The notes under the pieces: generated by a model | The model's input: only the letters and a program-made list of their open reading frames with translations | What the model was told of the DNA's origin: nothing | The model's database searches: none | In this document: positions 47,586-57,788 of the stretch, piece by piece | How the letters are laid out: each line of letters starts with the position of its first letter | How positions within the stretch are numbered: position 1 is the first letter of the stretch | From: an uncultured Chloroflexia bacterium | GTDB lineage: Bacteria; Chloroflexota; Limnocylindria; Limnocylindrales; CSP1-4 | DNA length: 64,000 nucleotides | Direction: 5' to 3' | Assembly (NCBI GenBank): GCA_963749705.1 | Contig: CAVVNQ010000015.1 | Span: 384,001-448,000, forward strand | Program-made: the position numbers and the translations under genes

Positions 47586-48446
47586 TCAATCCCGTTGCGC
47601 GACGATCGAGAACGACAGCGGCACGCGCCCGCGTTCCTCCGGCCGCACGTCACGATGCCCGGCCCACCAGTCAACCGGGTGCTCCGCCACCTGCTCGAGG
47701 TGCAGGCCGGCGCGGAGCAGCGCCGTCACGATCTCGCTCAGCGTCCACGCCCGGGCGAACTTCCACGCCTGGTCGTCCTCGGGGACCGAGAGCCGGTCGA
47801 TGTACTCGGGCGCCCAACCCTTCGAGGCCTCAGGCCCCGCGAAGTAGTCGTAATCGGTCAGCATCCAGTGCCCGTCGGCGTCGGCGTCGAACAGCCACTC
47901 CGCCGGGTGGCCGTCGAAGATCACGAGCCGCCCGGTGGGGGACAGGAGGCGCCGCAGCACGGCCGCCCACGCGTCGAGATCCTGGAGCCAGATGATCGCG
48001 CCGCGGCCCGTGTACACGAGGTCTCCGGTGCCGTCGAGCTCGTGCGGCGTGTCGAGGACGTCGCTCTCGATCCACCTGGCGGGCGCGCCCGTGGCTGCGG
48101 CGAGCCTCCCGGCGAGGTCGAGCATCCGCGGGCTGAAGTCGATGCCCACGACCTCGTCCGCGCCCAGGTTCCACAGCGAGAGCGTGTCTCGGCCACCGGC
48201 GCACTGGAGGTGGATTGCCCGGCGGCACCGGCCGTGGAGGTCGCCGATGAGGTCGGCCTCGACCGGCAGCAGGTTCGAGCCGCCCGACCGGATCAGCGCG
48301 ACGGCCTCGTCGATCCACCCCTCGTATCGCTCGGCTGCCTCGTCCCACGCTGCACGGTTGGCCGCGTGCATCGCCCGGACGTCGGTGGTCTCGGCCGGCG
48401 TCGCAGGCCTGACGTTGCGGGTCTCGGCGGGGTCGACATCGCGCAT
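47586..48446 (-). CDS. Class I SAM-dependent methyltransferase
   Basis: NRAAWDE, IHLQCAGGRDTLSL, GIDFS, DLVYTGRGAIIWL, LSPTGRL. Confidence 0.9.
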   Translation of the reverse strand: MRDVDPAETRNVRPATPAETTDVRAMHAANRAAWDEAAERYEGWIDEAVALIRSGGSNLLPVEADLIGDLHGRCRRAIHLQCAGGRDTLSLWNLGADEVVGIDFSPRMLDLAGRLAAATGAPARWIESDVLDTPHELDGTGDLVYTGRGAIIWLQDLDAWAAVLRRLLSPTGRLVIFDGHPAEWLFDADADGHWMLTDYDYFAGPEASKGWAPEYIDRLSVPEDDQAWKFARAWTLSEIVTALLRAGLHLEQVAEHPVDWWAGHRDVRPEERGRVPLSFSIVAQRD

Positions 48447-48525
48447 ACGGAGATGGTAGCGGCCGAGCGGGCGTCGACCGCCGGCCGGGATCCGACCACC
48501 GGGACCCGCCGCCGGGCCATGCGAA

Positions 48526-48549
48526 AGGCCGTCGCCCTCGCGACGGCCT
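48526..48549 (-). terminator. 10-bp hairpin, possible terminator
   Basis: AGGCCGTCGC-cctc-GCGACGGCCT with a short T-run on the minus strand. Confidence 0.5.
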
Positions 48550-48970
48550 CAGCGATCTGTGACGAAGGGCCTGCACGCGCTCGACCCTGCCGGGTCACGG
48601 GGCCGGTGTGGTCATCCCCGCGACCGCGCCTGACTGCCCGCCCTGGCGTCGCTCGATATGTTCCCCGCTCGGGGGACCGTCGCCGTGTTGGAAGCACCGC
48701 GCGATGCGTCTTCGCTCGCGGTCAACCGACGCCGAGCCTGCCAGCGTCGTTGCGAGCCTGGCCAACCAGCCGTTCGCATCGTCATGTCTCGGTGACCTCC
48801 CGGGGGACGACCTCCGAAGGGGAGGGTGGGTTGTCCAGACCATTATCACCCGGTCCGCAAGACGTCCTCGCCGAGGAGCTGTTGCCGTCGTGGGTGCTGC
48901 CTGGCAACACGCAGCCGCGCCGCGCTCCGGCCCGCCATCGGCGGTAGGCTCCGCCGAGGAGGTGATGCCG

Positions 48971-49339
48971 GTGACCGAAGCGCCCCATGTCGTCGATGAT
49001 CTGCTCGCCGAGGTGGCGCCGCCGCCGCACGGGATCCTGAGCCTGACGATCCACGACGGCAACGATCTGCGGCTCGTGCTGTTTGGGTTCGCAACGGGCG
49101 AGGAGCTGTCCGAGCACACCGCCGCCCGGCCCGCCGTGGTCCACGTGCTGACCGGCGACGCCGATGTCACGGTCGGGGAGCTGCGGCGCTCGCTGGGCCC
49201 GGGTGCCTGGATCCACATGCCGGCCAATACGAAACACTCGATCCGGGCCAGGTCACCGCTGACGATGGCGCTCTACCTGCTGGGCGCCACCGCTCGCAGC
49301 ACAGAGGTGGACGCGCGCGGGGGACCGGCGCCCGCGTGA
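48971..49339 (+). CDS. Cupin domain protein
   Basis: LVLFGFATGEELSEHTA, VHVLTG, MPANTKHSIRA; SD GAGGAGGT. Confidence 0.88.
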   Translation: MTEAPHVVDDLLAEVAPPPHGILSLTIHDGNDLRLVLFGFATGEELSEHTAARPAVVHVLTGDADVTVGELRRSLGPGAWIHMPANTKHSIRARSPLTMALYLLGATARSTEVDARGGPAPA

Positions 49340-50619
49340 CGTCGCAGCTCCCGGTCCACAGCAGCTCCGACATCCACCTCGCGGATGCGTTCGGGATGCC
49401 GGGCTGCCCGCTGTGCGGCGAGCGCGCGCGAACCGAGGCGGCGTTCCTCGAGGCGATCCTCGCGGAGAGCGTCAACGACGTCGGGTTTCGAGCGGACCTG
49501 GACACCGCCCGCGGCTTCTGCGCGAGGCATTCCAGGGCGATCCTGGAGGTCGATCGACGCCGCGCCGGGAGCCTCGGGGCGGCGATCCTGCTCCGGGCGA
49601 CGCTGCGGATCCGGCTGGCGGAGCTGGTTGCCGCACACAGGGCGGGCGGACGATCACGGTCGAAACGGCTCGATGCGTCGGCGCGCCCGCCGGCCTGTCC
49701 CGTCTGTGACCGGATGACGCGTACCGAGACCGGGCTGATCGAAGGTCTTGTCAGGCTGACCGCCGAGCCGCCGTGGGCCGAGGCCGTCGCGGCCGCACCG
49801 CTGTGCCTCGATCACCTGCTGCCGCTGATGCGGGCCGGGACGGGCGCACTCGTCTGGCCGGGGATCGAGGCGCGTCAGCTGGCCAGGCTGCATGACCTCG
49901 TGACCGACCTGGCGGGCTATGCGCATGCGTCGAGCCACGACCGGCGCCACCTTCTGACCGATGCGCATCGGGCGTCGGTGGATGCGGGCGCAGCGGTGCT
50001 ATCCGGCACGTCCGGCCCCGCTGTCGGATCCGCGAGCCAGGCCGCCGATGCTGCGGCCGCCACCTCGCCGGTCGCGGGCCCGAGCGCCGTCGCCGTCCTG
50101 CTCACGGGCACCTACGGATCGGGCAAGACCACCATCGCGATCGAGCTCGTCGACGTGGCGAGCGCCGCTGGTGTGGGCGTGGCAGCTATCGACCTCGACT
50201 GGCTGGGCTGGTACGGCGCGGACCTGGGCCACGACGAGCACGAGGACCCCCGGATCACGTTCGCAAACCTGCGCGCCGTCCGCGACACGTACCTGCGCGC
50301 CGGGGTCGACCGGCTGGTGCTGGCCTACGCGCTCCCAAGTGCCGGGCAGCTCCAGGCGATCCGCGACGCCGTGTCGATGCCGGTCAAAGTGGTCCGGTTG
50401 GAGGTCCCGGCGGCCGAGATCGAGCGTCGGCTCACCGGCGACCCGAACGCGTCGCGCTCGGATGATCTCGCGGTCGCCCGCCGCTGGCTGCGCGACGGCA
50501 CCGGCGTCGGGCTGGAGGATTCGACGCTTGCCGGCGACCGCTCCCCGACGGTCATCGCGCAGGAGATCGCGGACCTGCTCGGCTGGACGACGGCGTCGCC
50601 CGGACCGCCGGACGCCTGA
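49336..50619 (+). CDS. DUF6062-like Cys/His domain fused to a P-loop kinase
   Basis: CPLC, GFCARH, CPVC, LCLDH; linker; LLTGTYGSGKTT, IDLDWL. Confidence 0.7.
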   Translation: MTSQLPVHSSSDIHLADAFGMPGCPLCGERARTEAAFLEAILAESVNDVGFRADLDTARGFCARHSRAILEVDRRRAGSLGAAILLRATLRIRLAELVAAHRAGGRSRSKRLDASARPPACPVCDRMTRTETGLIEGLVRLTAEPPWAEAVAAAPLCLDHLLPLMRAGTGALVWPGIEARQLARLHDLVTDLAGYAHASSHDRRHLLTDAHRASVDAGAAVLSGTSGPAVGSASQAADAAAATSPVAGPSAVAVLLTGTYGSGKTTIAIELVDVASAAGVGVAAIDLDWLGWYGADLGHDEHEDPRITFANLRAVRDTYLRAGVDRLVLAYALPSAGQLQAIRDAVSMPVKVVRLEVPAAEIERRLTGDPNASRSDDLAVARRWLRDGTGVGLEDSTLAGDRSPTVIAQEIADLLGWTTASPGPPDA

Positions 50620-50663
50620 CCTGCCGCCGGGCATCCGCCGGCGCGGCTTTTTCCGGCCGCGCC

Positions 50664-53393
50664 TCAGCGCGTCGTCAGTGCGGCCACCACCAGCCCGTCG
50701 CGATCCTCGAACGAGAACCCGTGCTCCGCGAGCAGCTCATGCATCGGCGCGTTGTCCGGTGACAGCTGCGCGATAACGCGCCCGACGTGCTCCTTGCGGC
50801 TGACCGCGATGGCCGAGCGCACGAGCTGGGCGCCGATCCCGCGGCGCTGCCAGGCGTCAGAGACGATCAGGGTGAGGCTCTTGTCGTCGCTCGCATGCAC
50901 GCGCGACAGCCGCGCGATGCCGGCGATGACCGGGCCGTCGGCCGTCGGCAGCTCGGCGACGAGCACGATCTCGCGGTCATAGTCGACGAAGCAGATCCGG
51001 GTCAGGCGCTCGTGGGCGGTCCGCTCGGCGAGGGCGAAATCGGTGCCATAACGGGCCTGGACGGTCTCGCGGGACAGCGCGGCATGGAACCGGGCAAGGC
51101 CCGGCTCATCCTCGGGCCGGATGGGGCGCACCTCGAACGGCACGCCGTCGCTGGTCACGTAGTCGCGCGCATAGTCGTGCGGGTACGGCCGGATCGCCAG
51201 CCGCGGCAGGTCGGCGTCATCGATGGTGGCCGGGTGAAGGACGACGCGGGCGTCGAGCGCGATGATCCGCTCGGGCGATGCCAGCAGCGGGTTGATGTCG
51301 ATCTCGGCGATCCGGGGCTGCTCCGCGACCAGCTCGCTGAACCGGACAAGCAGCGCGGCGAGGACGTCGACGTCGATCGGCTTTCGACCCCGAACGCCGC
51401 GCAGCGCGCCGGCGATCTTGGTGTGCTCGATCAGGCGCCTGGCCAGGGTCGTGTTGAGCGGCGGAAGGGCAAGCGCGCGGTCGCGGAAGACCTCGACCAG
51501 CTGGCCGCCCATCCCGAACAGGAGGACCGGTCCGAACTGCGGATCGGGGCTGCTGCCCACGATCAGCTCGTAGCCGCTCCAGTTGATCATCGGCTGGATC
51601 GTGACGCCCTCGAAGTGCTCGGCGCCGGCCTTGGCCGTGACCGAGTCCCGGATCGTCTCGAACGCCTCGCAGACGGCCTCGGGCGTGCGCAGGTTGAGGA
51701 CCACGCCACCCACGTCGGTCTTGTGGGTCACCGTCCGGCTGAGCAGCTTCGCGACCACCGGGTAGCCGATGTCCGCGGCAGCCGCACAGGCCTCCTCCGG
51801 GGTATGGGCAAGCTCGGTGTCTGTGATCGGGATCCCGTACGCGGCCAGGACTTTCTTGCTCTCGTACTCGGTGAGCAGGGTCCGGCCCTCGGCGCTGACC
51901 TCGGCGATGATCCGGTCGACCTCCTCGCGGAACTCGCCGCGCTCCGGAGCGACGGGCAGCGACGGCGTCTCGTACAGCGCCTTGAGGTTGTTCGCGTACC
52001 GCCACATGTGGTTGAACAGCACGCACGCCGTGTCCGGGTAGGCGAACGTCGGGATGCCGGCCGCGCGCAGGATCGCCGCGCCCTCCTCGACGTCCGCGCC
52101 GCCCATCCACGACGCGAGCACCGGCTTGCCCTCGATCCGGGCGTGCTTGACCAGCGCCCGGGCTGTGGCGGTGGGGTCGGTCATCGCCTGGGGCGTGAGG
52201 ATCACCAGCAGGCCATCGGTCTCGGGATCCGCCGCGGCGACCTCGAGCGCCTTCGCGTACCGCTCGGGCGGTGCGTCGCCGATGATGTCGATCGGGTTGT
52301 TGTGGCTCCAGACCGACGGCAGCACCGCGTTCAGACGATCCATGGTCTCGGGCGTGAGCTCGGTGAGCTCGCCGCCGCCGGAGATCAGGGCATCGGTCGC
52401 GAGCACGCCCGGCCCGCCCGCGTTGGTCACGATCGACAGCCGCCGGCCCGCCGGCCGCGGCTGCTTGGCCAAGATCTCCGACACTTCGAACAGCTCGCTG
52501 ATCGAGTTCACGCGCAGCACGCCGGCCCGCCGGAACGCGGCGTCCAGCACGTCGTCGGACCCGGTCAGCGAACCGGTGTGCGAGGCGGCGGCCTTCGCCG
52601 CCTGCGCGGTGCGACCGGGCTTGATCACGATGATCGGCTTGGTCAGCGCGACCTCGCGCGCGGACGACAGGAACGCCCGCGCGTCGCCGATGGTCTCCAT
52701 GTAGATGACGATGCTGTCGGTGTTGGGGTCGTCGCCGAGATAGTCGATGACGTCGCCCCAGCCGACGTCGAGCATCGAGCCCAGCGACACGATCGAGCTG
52801 AAGCCGACGTCCTCGTGCGCGGCCCAGTCCAGGATCGCGGTCAGCAGCGCGCCCGACTGGGACACGAAGCCGACCCGCCCGGCCGCCGCGATCCCCGCCG
52901 CGAACGTGGCGTTGAAGCCGCCCACCGGGTTCATGATCCCCAGGCAGTTGGGGCCGACGACGCGGATCCCGTATCGGCGCGCCGCGGCGAGCACCTGTCG
53001 CTCGAGCTCGACGCCCGCCTCGCCGATCTCCTTGAAGCCGGCGCTGATGATGATCACGCCGCGGACGCCCGCCTCGCCGCACTCCTCGACCAGACCGGGG
53101 GCGGTTCCGGCCGGGGTCACGATCACGGCCAGGTCCACCGGCTCGCCGATCGCGCCGATCGACGGGTAGGCCTTGACGCCCAGGATCGCCGGGCGGGTCG
53201 GGTTGACCGGGTAGACGGTGCCGCCGAACGGCGATGACAGCAGGTTCCACAGGATCGTGCGCCCCACGGAGCCGGTCTTCTCGGTTGCCCCGATCACGGC
53301 GACCGACCGGGGATGGAAGATCGCGTCGAGCGGGTGGCGGTCGACGTGGAGGATGTCGGACGACGGGTCGGTGATCTTGGTTGCGAGCGACAT
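50664..53393 (-). CDS. Acetate--CoA ligase family / GNAT fusion (Pat/PatZ-type protein lysine acetyltransferase)
   Basis: [55 protein letters not shown]; C-terminal GNAT (WQRRGIG). Confidence 0.92.
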   Translation of the reverse strand: MSLATKITDPSSDILHVDRHPLDAIFHPRSVAVIGATEKTGSVGRTILWNLLSSPFGGTVYPVNPTRPAILGVKAYPSIGAIGEPVDLAVIVTPAGTAPGLVEECGEAGVRGVIIISAGFKEIGEAGVELERQVLAAARRYGIRVVGPNCLGIMNPVGGFNATFAAGIAAAGRVGFVSQSGALLTAILDWAAHEDVGFSSIVSLGSMLDVGWGDVIDYLGDDPNTDSIVIYMETIGDARAFLSSAREVALTKPIIVIKPGRTAQAAKAAASHTGSLTGSDDVLDAAFRRAGVLRVNSISELFEVSEILAKQPRPAGRRLSIVTNAGGPGVLATDALISGGGELTELTPETMDRLNAVLPSVWSHNNPIDIIGDAPPERYAKALEVAAADPETDGLLVILTPQAMTDPTATARALVKHARIEGKPVLASWMGGADVEEGAAILRAAGIPTFAYPDTACVLFNHMWRYANNLKALYETPSLPVAPERGEFREEVDRIIAEVSAEGRTLLTEYESKKVLAAYGIPITDTELAHTPEEACAAAADIGYPVVAKLLSRTVTHKTDVGGVVLNLRTPEAVCEAFETIRDSVTAKAGAEHFEGVTIQPMINWSGYELIVGSSPDPQFGPVLLFGMGGQLVEVFRDRALALPPLNTTLARRLIEHTKIAGALRGVRGRKPIDVDVLAALLVRFSELVAEQPRIAEIDINPLLASPERIIALDARVVLHPATIDDADLPRLAIRPYPHDYARDYVTSDGVPFEVRPIRPEDEPGLARFHAALSRETVQARYGTDFALAERTAHERLTRICFVDYDREIVLVAELPTADGPVIAGIARLSRVHASDDKSLTLIVSDAWQRRGIGAQLVRSAIAVSRKEHVGRVIAQLSPDNAPMHELLAEHGFSFEDRDGLVVAALTTR

Positions 53394-53581
53394 CGGTGCA
53401 GGACCTCTGGTCGGGCGCCCCGGCGCGGGCGCGGCTGGGCGGCGATGGAAGACGCGACCTCCCACGCGGAGCGGCGGGTCGTGCGATGTCAAGGGTCGGC
53501 CAGGCGCCCGTCGATCACAAGGGGCCGGATGGCGAGTCGGCGGCCGATGCGGCCCCCGCGGAGGGGGCCGATCCGCCGGTG

Positions 53582-53624
53582 GTTCCCGGGACCGCGGCGC
53601 CGTCACCCGGGTCGTCCCGGGAAC
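53582..53624. terminator. 11-bp inverted repeat downstream of the moaD-like gene
   Basis: GTTCCCGGGAC...GTCCCGGGAAC. Confidence 0.45.
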
Positions 53625-53632
53625 ATGCGTCG

Positions 53633-53894
53633 TCAGCCGCCCGACACCGCGGGGATGACGTGGATGTCGTCGCCGGGCGAGACCGGCGCATCGAGACCGG
53701 ATCGCTCGCCCGCGACGAACACGTTGAGGTGGGTCCGGATCGTCCGGCCCGGCATCGACCAGGCGATTGCGCAGCCCGGGCACACGCGCGTCGAGGTCGT
53801 CGATCACCTCGGCCAGCGTCCGTCCGCTGGCCGCCATTCGGCGCTCGGTTCCCGGAAACAGCGCGACCAGCGAACGTGGCAGGTGGACCACCAC
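53633..53894 (-). CDS. MoaD/ThiS ubiquitin-like protein (apparent +1 frameshift at ~53744)
   Basis: VHLPRSL...[20 protein letters not shown], then shifted frame HLNVFV...[10 protein letters not shown]-stop (C-terminal diglycine). Confidence 0.8.
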
Positions 53895-53907
53895 GCCGGG
53901 GACCGGG

Positions 53908-54981
53908 TCAGTCAACGACGGCGGCCTCGACGGACCAGACCGGCGGCAGGTTGTCGGCGAGGAGCGACCAGCTGTCCCCTTCGTCCGTGCTGCCGTAGAC
54001 CTGGCCGGTGCTGGTCCCGAAGTACACGCCCACGGGATCGCGGTCGTCCACGGCCATCGCCTCTCGAAGCACGCCCAGGTAGGCGTCCTGCTGCGGCAGC
54101 CCGTCGCCGGCCCTGATCCAGGAGTCACCGCCGTCGTTGGTTCGCCACACGGCCGCACTGGCATCGGGCATGTAGCGGCCGCGGTCGGCTCCGTTGAGCG
54201 GGATCGTCCAGGCGGTCAGCGGGTCGCGGGGGTGGCTCGCCATCGGGAAGCCGAAGTCGGACGGCAGCCCGCTGCTGACCTCCTCCCACTGCAGCCCGCC
54301 GTTGGACGAGCGGTAGACGCCACAGTGGTTCTGCTGGTAGAGGTGCTCGCCGCCGTCGGCGGCCATGACCAGCTTGTGCACGCACTGCCCGAACTCGGGG
54401 TACCTGTCGGGGTGGAACTCCGCGCGGACGCCGCGGTTGCGGGTCTCCCACGTCCGGCCGCCGTCGCGCGTCTCGAACGCGCCGACCGCGGAGGCCGCGA
54501 CCCACATCCGGTCGGGATCCTCGCGGTGGGGGACGATCGAGTGGAGGCACAGGCCGCCGGCCCCGGGCTGCCACTCGGGTCGTGTCGGGTGGTTGGTCAG
54601 CCCCTCGACGTGCTCCCACGTGCGCCCGCCGTCGGGACTCCGGAACAGGCCCGCCGGCTCGACGCCCGCGTAGACCACGCCGTGCGCGGCCGTGACGTTC
54701 CACACGGTCGCCACCTTGGGGCCTGCGTCGCCATAGCTGAGCCCCTCGCTCGAATGCGTCCACGTCGCGCCCAGGTCATCACTCCGCCAGACCGCGGGTC
54801 CGTACCATGGGCTGCCGCCGCCGGCGAACAGTGCGCCCGAAGCCGCGTCCCGGGTGACGTCGTGGATCGGCCACCCGTCGCACAACGGTCCGCGAAGCGA
54901 CCACGACCGGCGGTCGGCGTCGCCGTCGAGGACGAAGGCGCCTTTGGGGGTTCCGAGCAGCAGCGCATGTCGCGTGGCCAT
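53908..54981 (-). CDS. BNR/Asp-box repeat beta-propeller protein (sialidase-like)
   Basis: GTPKG; multiple S/TxDxGxTW Asp boxes; [18 protein letters not shown]. Confidence 0.85.
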   Translation of the reverse strand: MATRHALLLGTPKGAFVLDGDADRRSWSLRGPLCDGWPIHDVTRDAASGALFAGGGSPWYGPAVWRSDDLGATWTHSSEGLSYGDAGPKVATVWNVTAAHGVVYAGVEPAGLFRSPDGGRTWEHVEGLTNHPTRPEWQPGAGGLCLHSIVPHREDPDRMWVAASAVGAFETRDGGRTWETRNRGVRAEFHPDRYPEFGQCVHKLVMAADGGEHLYQQNHCGVYRSSNGGLQWEEVSSGLPSDFGFPMASHPRDPLTAWTIPLNGADRGRYMPDASAAVWRTNDGGDSWIRAGDGLPQQDAYLGVLREAMAVDDRDPVGVYFGTSTGQVYGSTDEGDSWSLLADNLPPVWSVEAAVVD

Positions 54982-55047
54982 CGAGTTCCTCCTGGCGGGA
55001 AGGGCCCGCCCGTCCGTGCGTCCGGACAGGGTACGACGAAGCGCCGC

Positions 55048-55083
55048 GCGACGAGCGACGAGCTTCGGCGACGAGCGACGAGC
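55048..55083. repeat. 16-bp direct repeat with 20-bp period
   Basis: gcgacgagcgacgagc-ttcg-gcgacgagcgacgagc. Confidence 0.8.
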
Positions 55084-55139
55084 GTCGCGCGCCGATGCGT
55101 GCCCGGGCCGGCGACCGGCCCGTGATCAACCGGCCTCGC

Positions 55140-55379
55140 TCAGGCGATCCCCAGCCAGGCCGCCACCTGGTCGCGGGTCGGGATCCGGCCGGCCATCACG
55201 ACCTCGCCGTCGATGACCAGCCCGGGCGTGGACAGCACGCCGCGCGCCGCGATCTCGGCGTAGTCCGTCACGTGACGGACCTCCGCGTCGAGTCCGGCGG
55301 CATCCACCACCTCGCGGACGACCTTCTCGACATGCTGGCACTTCTGGCAGCCGGATCCGAGGACCTCGATGACGTGCAT
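55140..55379 (-). CDS. Small thioredoxin-like redox-active disulfide protein (MTH895/ArsE type)
   Basis: IEVLGSGCQKC, GVLSTPGLVIDG, GRIP. Confidence 0.9.
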   Translation of the reverse strand: MHVIEVLGSGCQKCQHVEKVVREVVDAAGLDAEVRHVTDYAEIAARGVLSTPGLVIDGEVVMAGRIPTRDQVAAWLGIA

Positions 55380-55390
55380 GGTGATCTCCT

Positions 55391-56431
55391 TCAGGCGAGG
55401 AACAGGTTGAACCCGTAGCCGACGGCCAGGATGCCGGCGGCGACGATGACGACGAACACGGCCAGCAGCCGCGGCTTCATGACCCGCCGCAGGATGACCA
55501 GCTCCGGGAAGGACAGCGCCGTGACGGCCATCATGAATGCGAGCGCCGACCCGAGCGGGAGGCCCTTGCCCAGGAGCGCCTCGATCACCGGGATCGTGCC
55601 CGCCGCGTTGCTGTACAGCGGGACGCCGAGGGCCACCAGCGCCGGCACGGCGACGGGGTTGTCGCGGCCGCCGAGCTCCACGACGAGGTCCGTGGGCACG
55701 AACCCGTGGATCAGGGCGCCGACGGCGATCCCGGCCACGACGAACGGCCACACGCGGCGCACGATATCGACGGTGGATCGCCAGGCGTCCCGAAGGCGCT
55801 CGTCGAGCGTGGGCCGGACCGCGCCAATCCCCGCGCCCGCGCGGATCGTCCACACGTAGTCCTCGACATACCGCTCCAGGCCCAGCCGGCCGATGAGCAG
55901 CCCGGCGGCGATCGCGACGGTGAGGCCGGCGGCCATGTAGGCAAGCGCGATGCCGGGGCCGAACAGGCCCCACAGCAGGACCAGCGCGACCTCGTTGACC
56001 ATCGGGCTGGCCACCAGGAACGCGAACGTGACGCCCAGCGGGACGCCGGCCTCGACGAACCCGATGAACAGCGGGACGGCCGAGCACGAGCAGAACGGCG
56101 TCAGGACGCCGAAGCCGGCCGCGGCGACGGTGCCGGGCAGGATCCCGCGGCCGGCGAGGGTCCGCCGGACACGCTCGGGCGACACGAACGAGCGCAGGAA
56201 CGACACGACGGTCACGATCCCGGTGAGCAGGAGCATGACCTTGGGCACGTCGTAGACGAAGAACGCGAGCGCGTCGCCCGCCTGCGACCCGCGCTCGAGC
56301 CGGAGCCCCTGGTACGCGAGCCAGTCGGCCGCGGGCAGGTTGACCTGCCATGCGACGACCCAGGCGACCGCGGCCAGGGCGACGATGAGCCCCAGCGGGA
56401 GGTGCGGACGGCGGGCCGCGATGGCCGTCAT
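55391..56431 (-). CDS. ArsP-family (DUF318) permease
   Basis: TPFCSCSAVPLF, FLVASPMVNEVA, GVPLYSNAAG, AFMMAVTALS.PE. Confidence 0.9.
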   Translation of the reverse strand: MTAIAARRPHLPLGLIVALAAVAWVVAWQVNLPAADWLAYQGLRLERGSQAGDALAFFVYDVPKVMLLLTGIVTVVSFLRSFVSPERVRRTLAGRGILPGTVAAAGFGVLTPFCSCSAVPLFIGFVEAGVPLGVTFAFLVASPMVNEVALVLLWGLFGPGIALAYMAAGLTVAIAAGLLIGRLGLERYVEDYVWTIRAGAGIGAVRPTLDERLRDAWRSTVDIVRRVWPFVVAGIAVGALIHGFVPTDLVVELGGRDNPVAVPALVALGVPLYSNAAGTIPVIEALLGKGLPLGSALAFMMAVTALSFPELVILRRVMKPRLLAVFVVIVAAGILAVGYGFNLFLA

Positions 56432-56757
56432 CGCAGCACCTCGTCGAGCGCGGCGCGTGCCCCGGCCACGGCATCGGCGTCGCGCTCGTAGTACAGGAAC
56501 CGCGCGTTCGCCTGGTGGCGGCTGGCCCGCACGAGGCCGGCGTCACGGAGCCTCGCCAGGTGGTTGCTGACGTTGTTCTCCCGCGCGCCCAGCGTCGCCG
56601 CAAGCTCGCACACGCAGTGCGGCCCGCCGGCGAGCAGGTGCAGGATCCCGGCCCGTACCGGATCGGCGAGCAGGGCCGCAGCCGCAGACGCGGCGGAGAC
56701 GTCGGGCGCCGGCAGGTCCAGCCGGGGCGTGGGGATCACGGGCAGCTCTGTGGTCAT
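56428..56757 (-). CDS. ArsR/SmtB-family regulator with CVCE metalloid-binding site
   Basis: LADPVR, HCVCEL, VSNHLARLRDAGLV. Confidence 0.9.
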   Translation of the reverse strand: MTTELPVIPTPRLDLPAPDVSAASAAAALLADPVRAGILHLLAGGPHCVCELAATLGARENNVSNHLARLRDAGLVRASRHQANARFLYYERDADAVAGARAALDEVLR

Positions 56758-56764
56758 GCGTGAA

Positions 56765-56788
56765 ACATCTCACGCTGCGCTGAGATGT
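56765..56788. promoter_or_regulatory. Perfect 8-8-8 inverted repeat, probable ArsR operator
   Basis: ACATCTCA-cgctgcgc-TGAGATGT, 7 nt upstream of the leftward arsR start. Confidence 0.7.
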
Positions 56789-56963
56789 CGGATGGGCCGT
56801 TGGGTCACGACCCGGCGATCCGGATGGCCCGCCGCAACCCGGGACCGCGGGCCGTTCAGGTGACCGATGACCCGTACCTTATAAGTGTCGATGACATATA
56901 CCAGCAGTACACACATGCATGGTGCATGAATATCTCGAGACATGCGCGAGGTTCGATGGGCGA

Positions 56964-57347
56964 ATGAGCGAGATCGACCAGATCCAGACGTCGCTCCTTC
57001 GCGCGCTCGCCAGCCCGCACCGGCTGCGGATCGTCCAGCTGCTGGGCGAGCGGCCGCACGAGGTCAACGAGCTGGCCCGCGAGCTCGGCATGGGGCAGGC
57101 GACGGTCTCACAGCACCTGGGCTCGATGCGGGCCGTCGGGCTCGTCGAGGCAACCCGAGACGGCCGCTCCGTCCGATACGGCCTGAGCGACCCCGAGATC
57201 CTCGCCGCCTGCGAGCTCATGCGCGCCGTCCTCGTCCGCCGCCTGTCATCGATGGGCGATCTCGCCAGCGCCGCCGGGCGCGCCACACCCACGACGGATC
57301 TCCCACGACGCGAGCCCGTCACCCCCAGCCAGGTAGGTCATCCGTGA
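56964..57347 (+). CDS. ArsR/SmtB-family regulator (single C-terminal Cys; possibly BigR/SqrR-like)
   Basis: LASPHRLRI, VSQHL, RDGRSVRY.L, AACELMR. Confidence 0.85.
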   Translation: MSEIDQIQTSLLRALASPHRLRIVQLLGERPHEVNELARELGMGQATVSQHLGSMRAVGLVEATRDGRSVRYGLSDPEILAACELMRAVLVRRLSSMGDLASAAGRATPTTDLPRREPVTPSQVGHP

Positions 57348-57751
57348 GCGACACCCTGTCCATCGTCCTGTTCTCCGGCACGGCAGACAAGCTGCACGCC
57401 GCCGCGACGCTCGCCGCGGGCGCGGCAGCCATGGACCGCCCGGTCAACATCCTGCTCCAGTACTGGGCGCTCGACGCGTTCCGGTCCGAGCGGATCGAGG
57501 CGGACCAGGGCCTCGCCTTCGACGCGGGGGCACCCGGCAGGACCAAGCCAGTGGCGGGCACGGCCGCGATCCCCTGGCTCGAGACGTTCCGGATGGCCAA
57601 GGAGCTGGGCGAGGTCTCGATCCTGGCCTGCGCGGGGTCGCTCGAGGTGCTGGGCATCGATGCCACGACGCTCGACCCGCTGGTGGACGACTCCGGTGGG
57701 ATCGCCACATTCCTCATGGCCGCCGAGGGCGGCCAGGTCCTGTTCATCTGA
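57344..57751 (+). CDS. DsrE2/DsrE-like sulfur relay protein
   Basis: LSIVLFSG..DKL, GAAAM, WAL, AKELG, ACAGS, GIATFL, LFI C-terminus. Confidence 0.8.
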   Translation: MSDTLSIVLFSGTADKLHAAATLAAGAAAMDRPVNILLQYWALDAFRSERIEADQGLAFDAGAPGRTKPVAGTAAIPWLETFRMAKELGEVSILACAGSLEVLGIDATTLDPLVDDSGGIATFLMAAEGGQVLFI

Positions 57752-57788
57752 CAGCTCCGTTCGGAGCGCAAGGCAAGGAGCACCGTTC

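Noticed and set aside
50664-54164. 1166-aa MoaD-Pat fusion protein
   Set aside because: The sequence between the two parts is low-complexity intergenic translation containing a hairpin; MoaD has its own GG-stop in the shifted frame.
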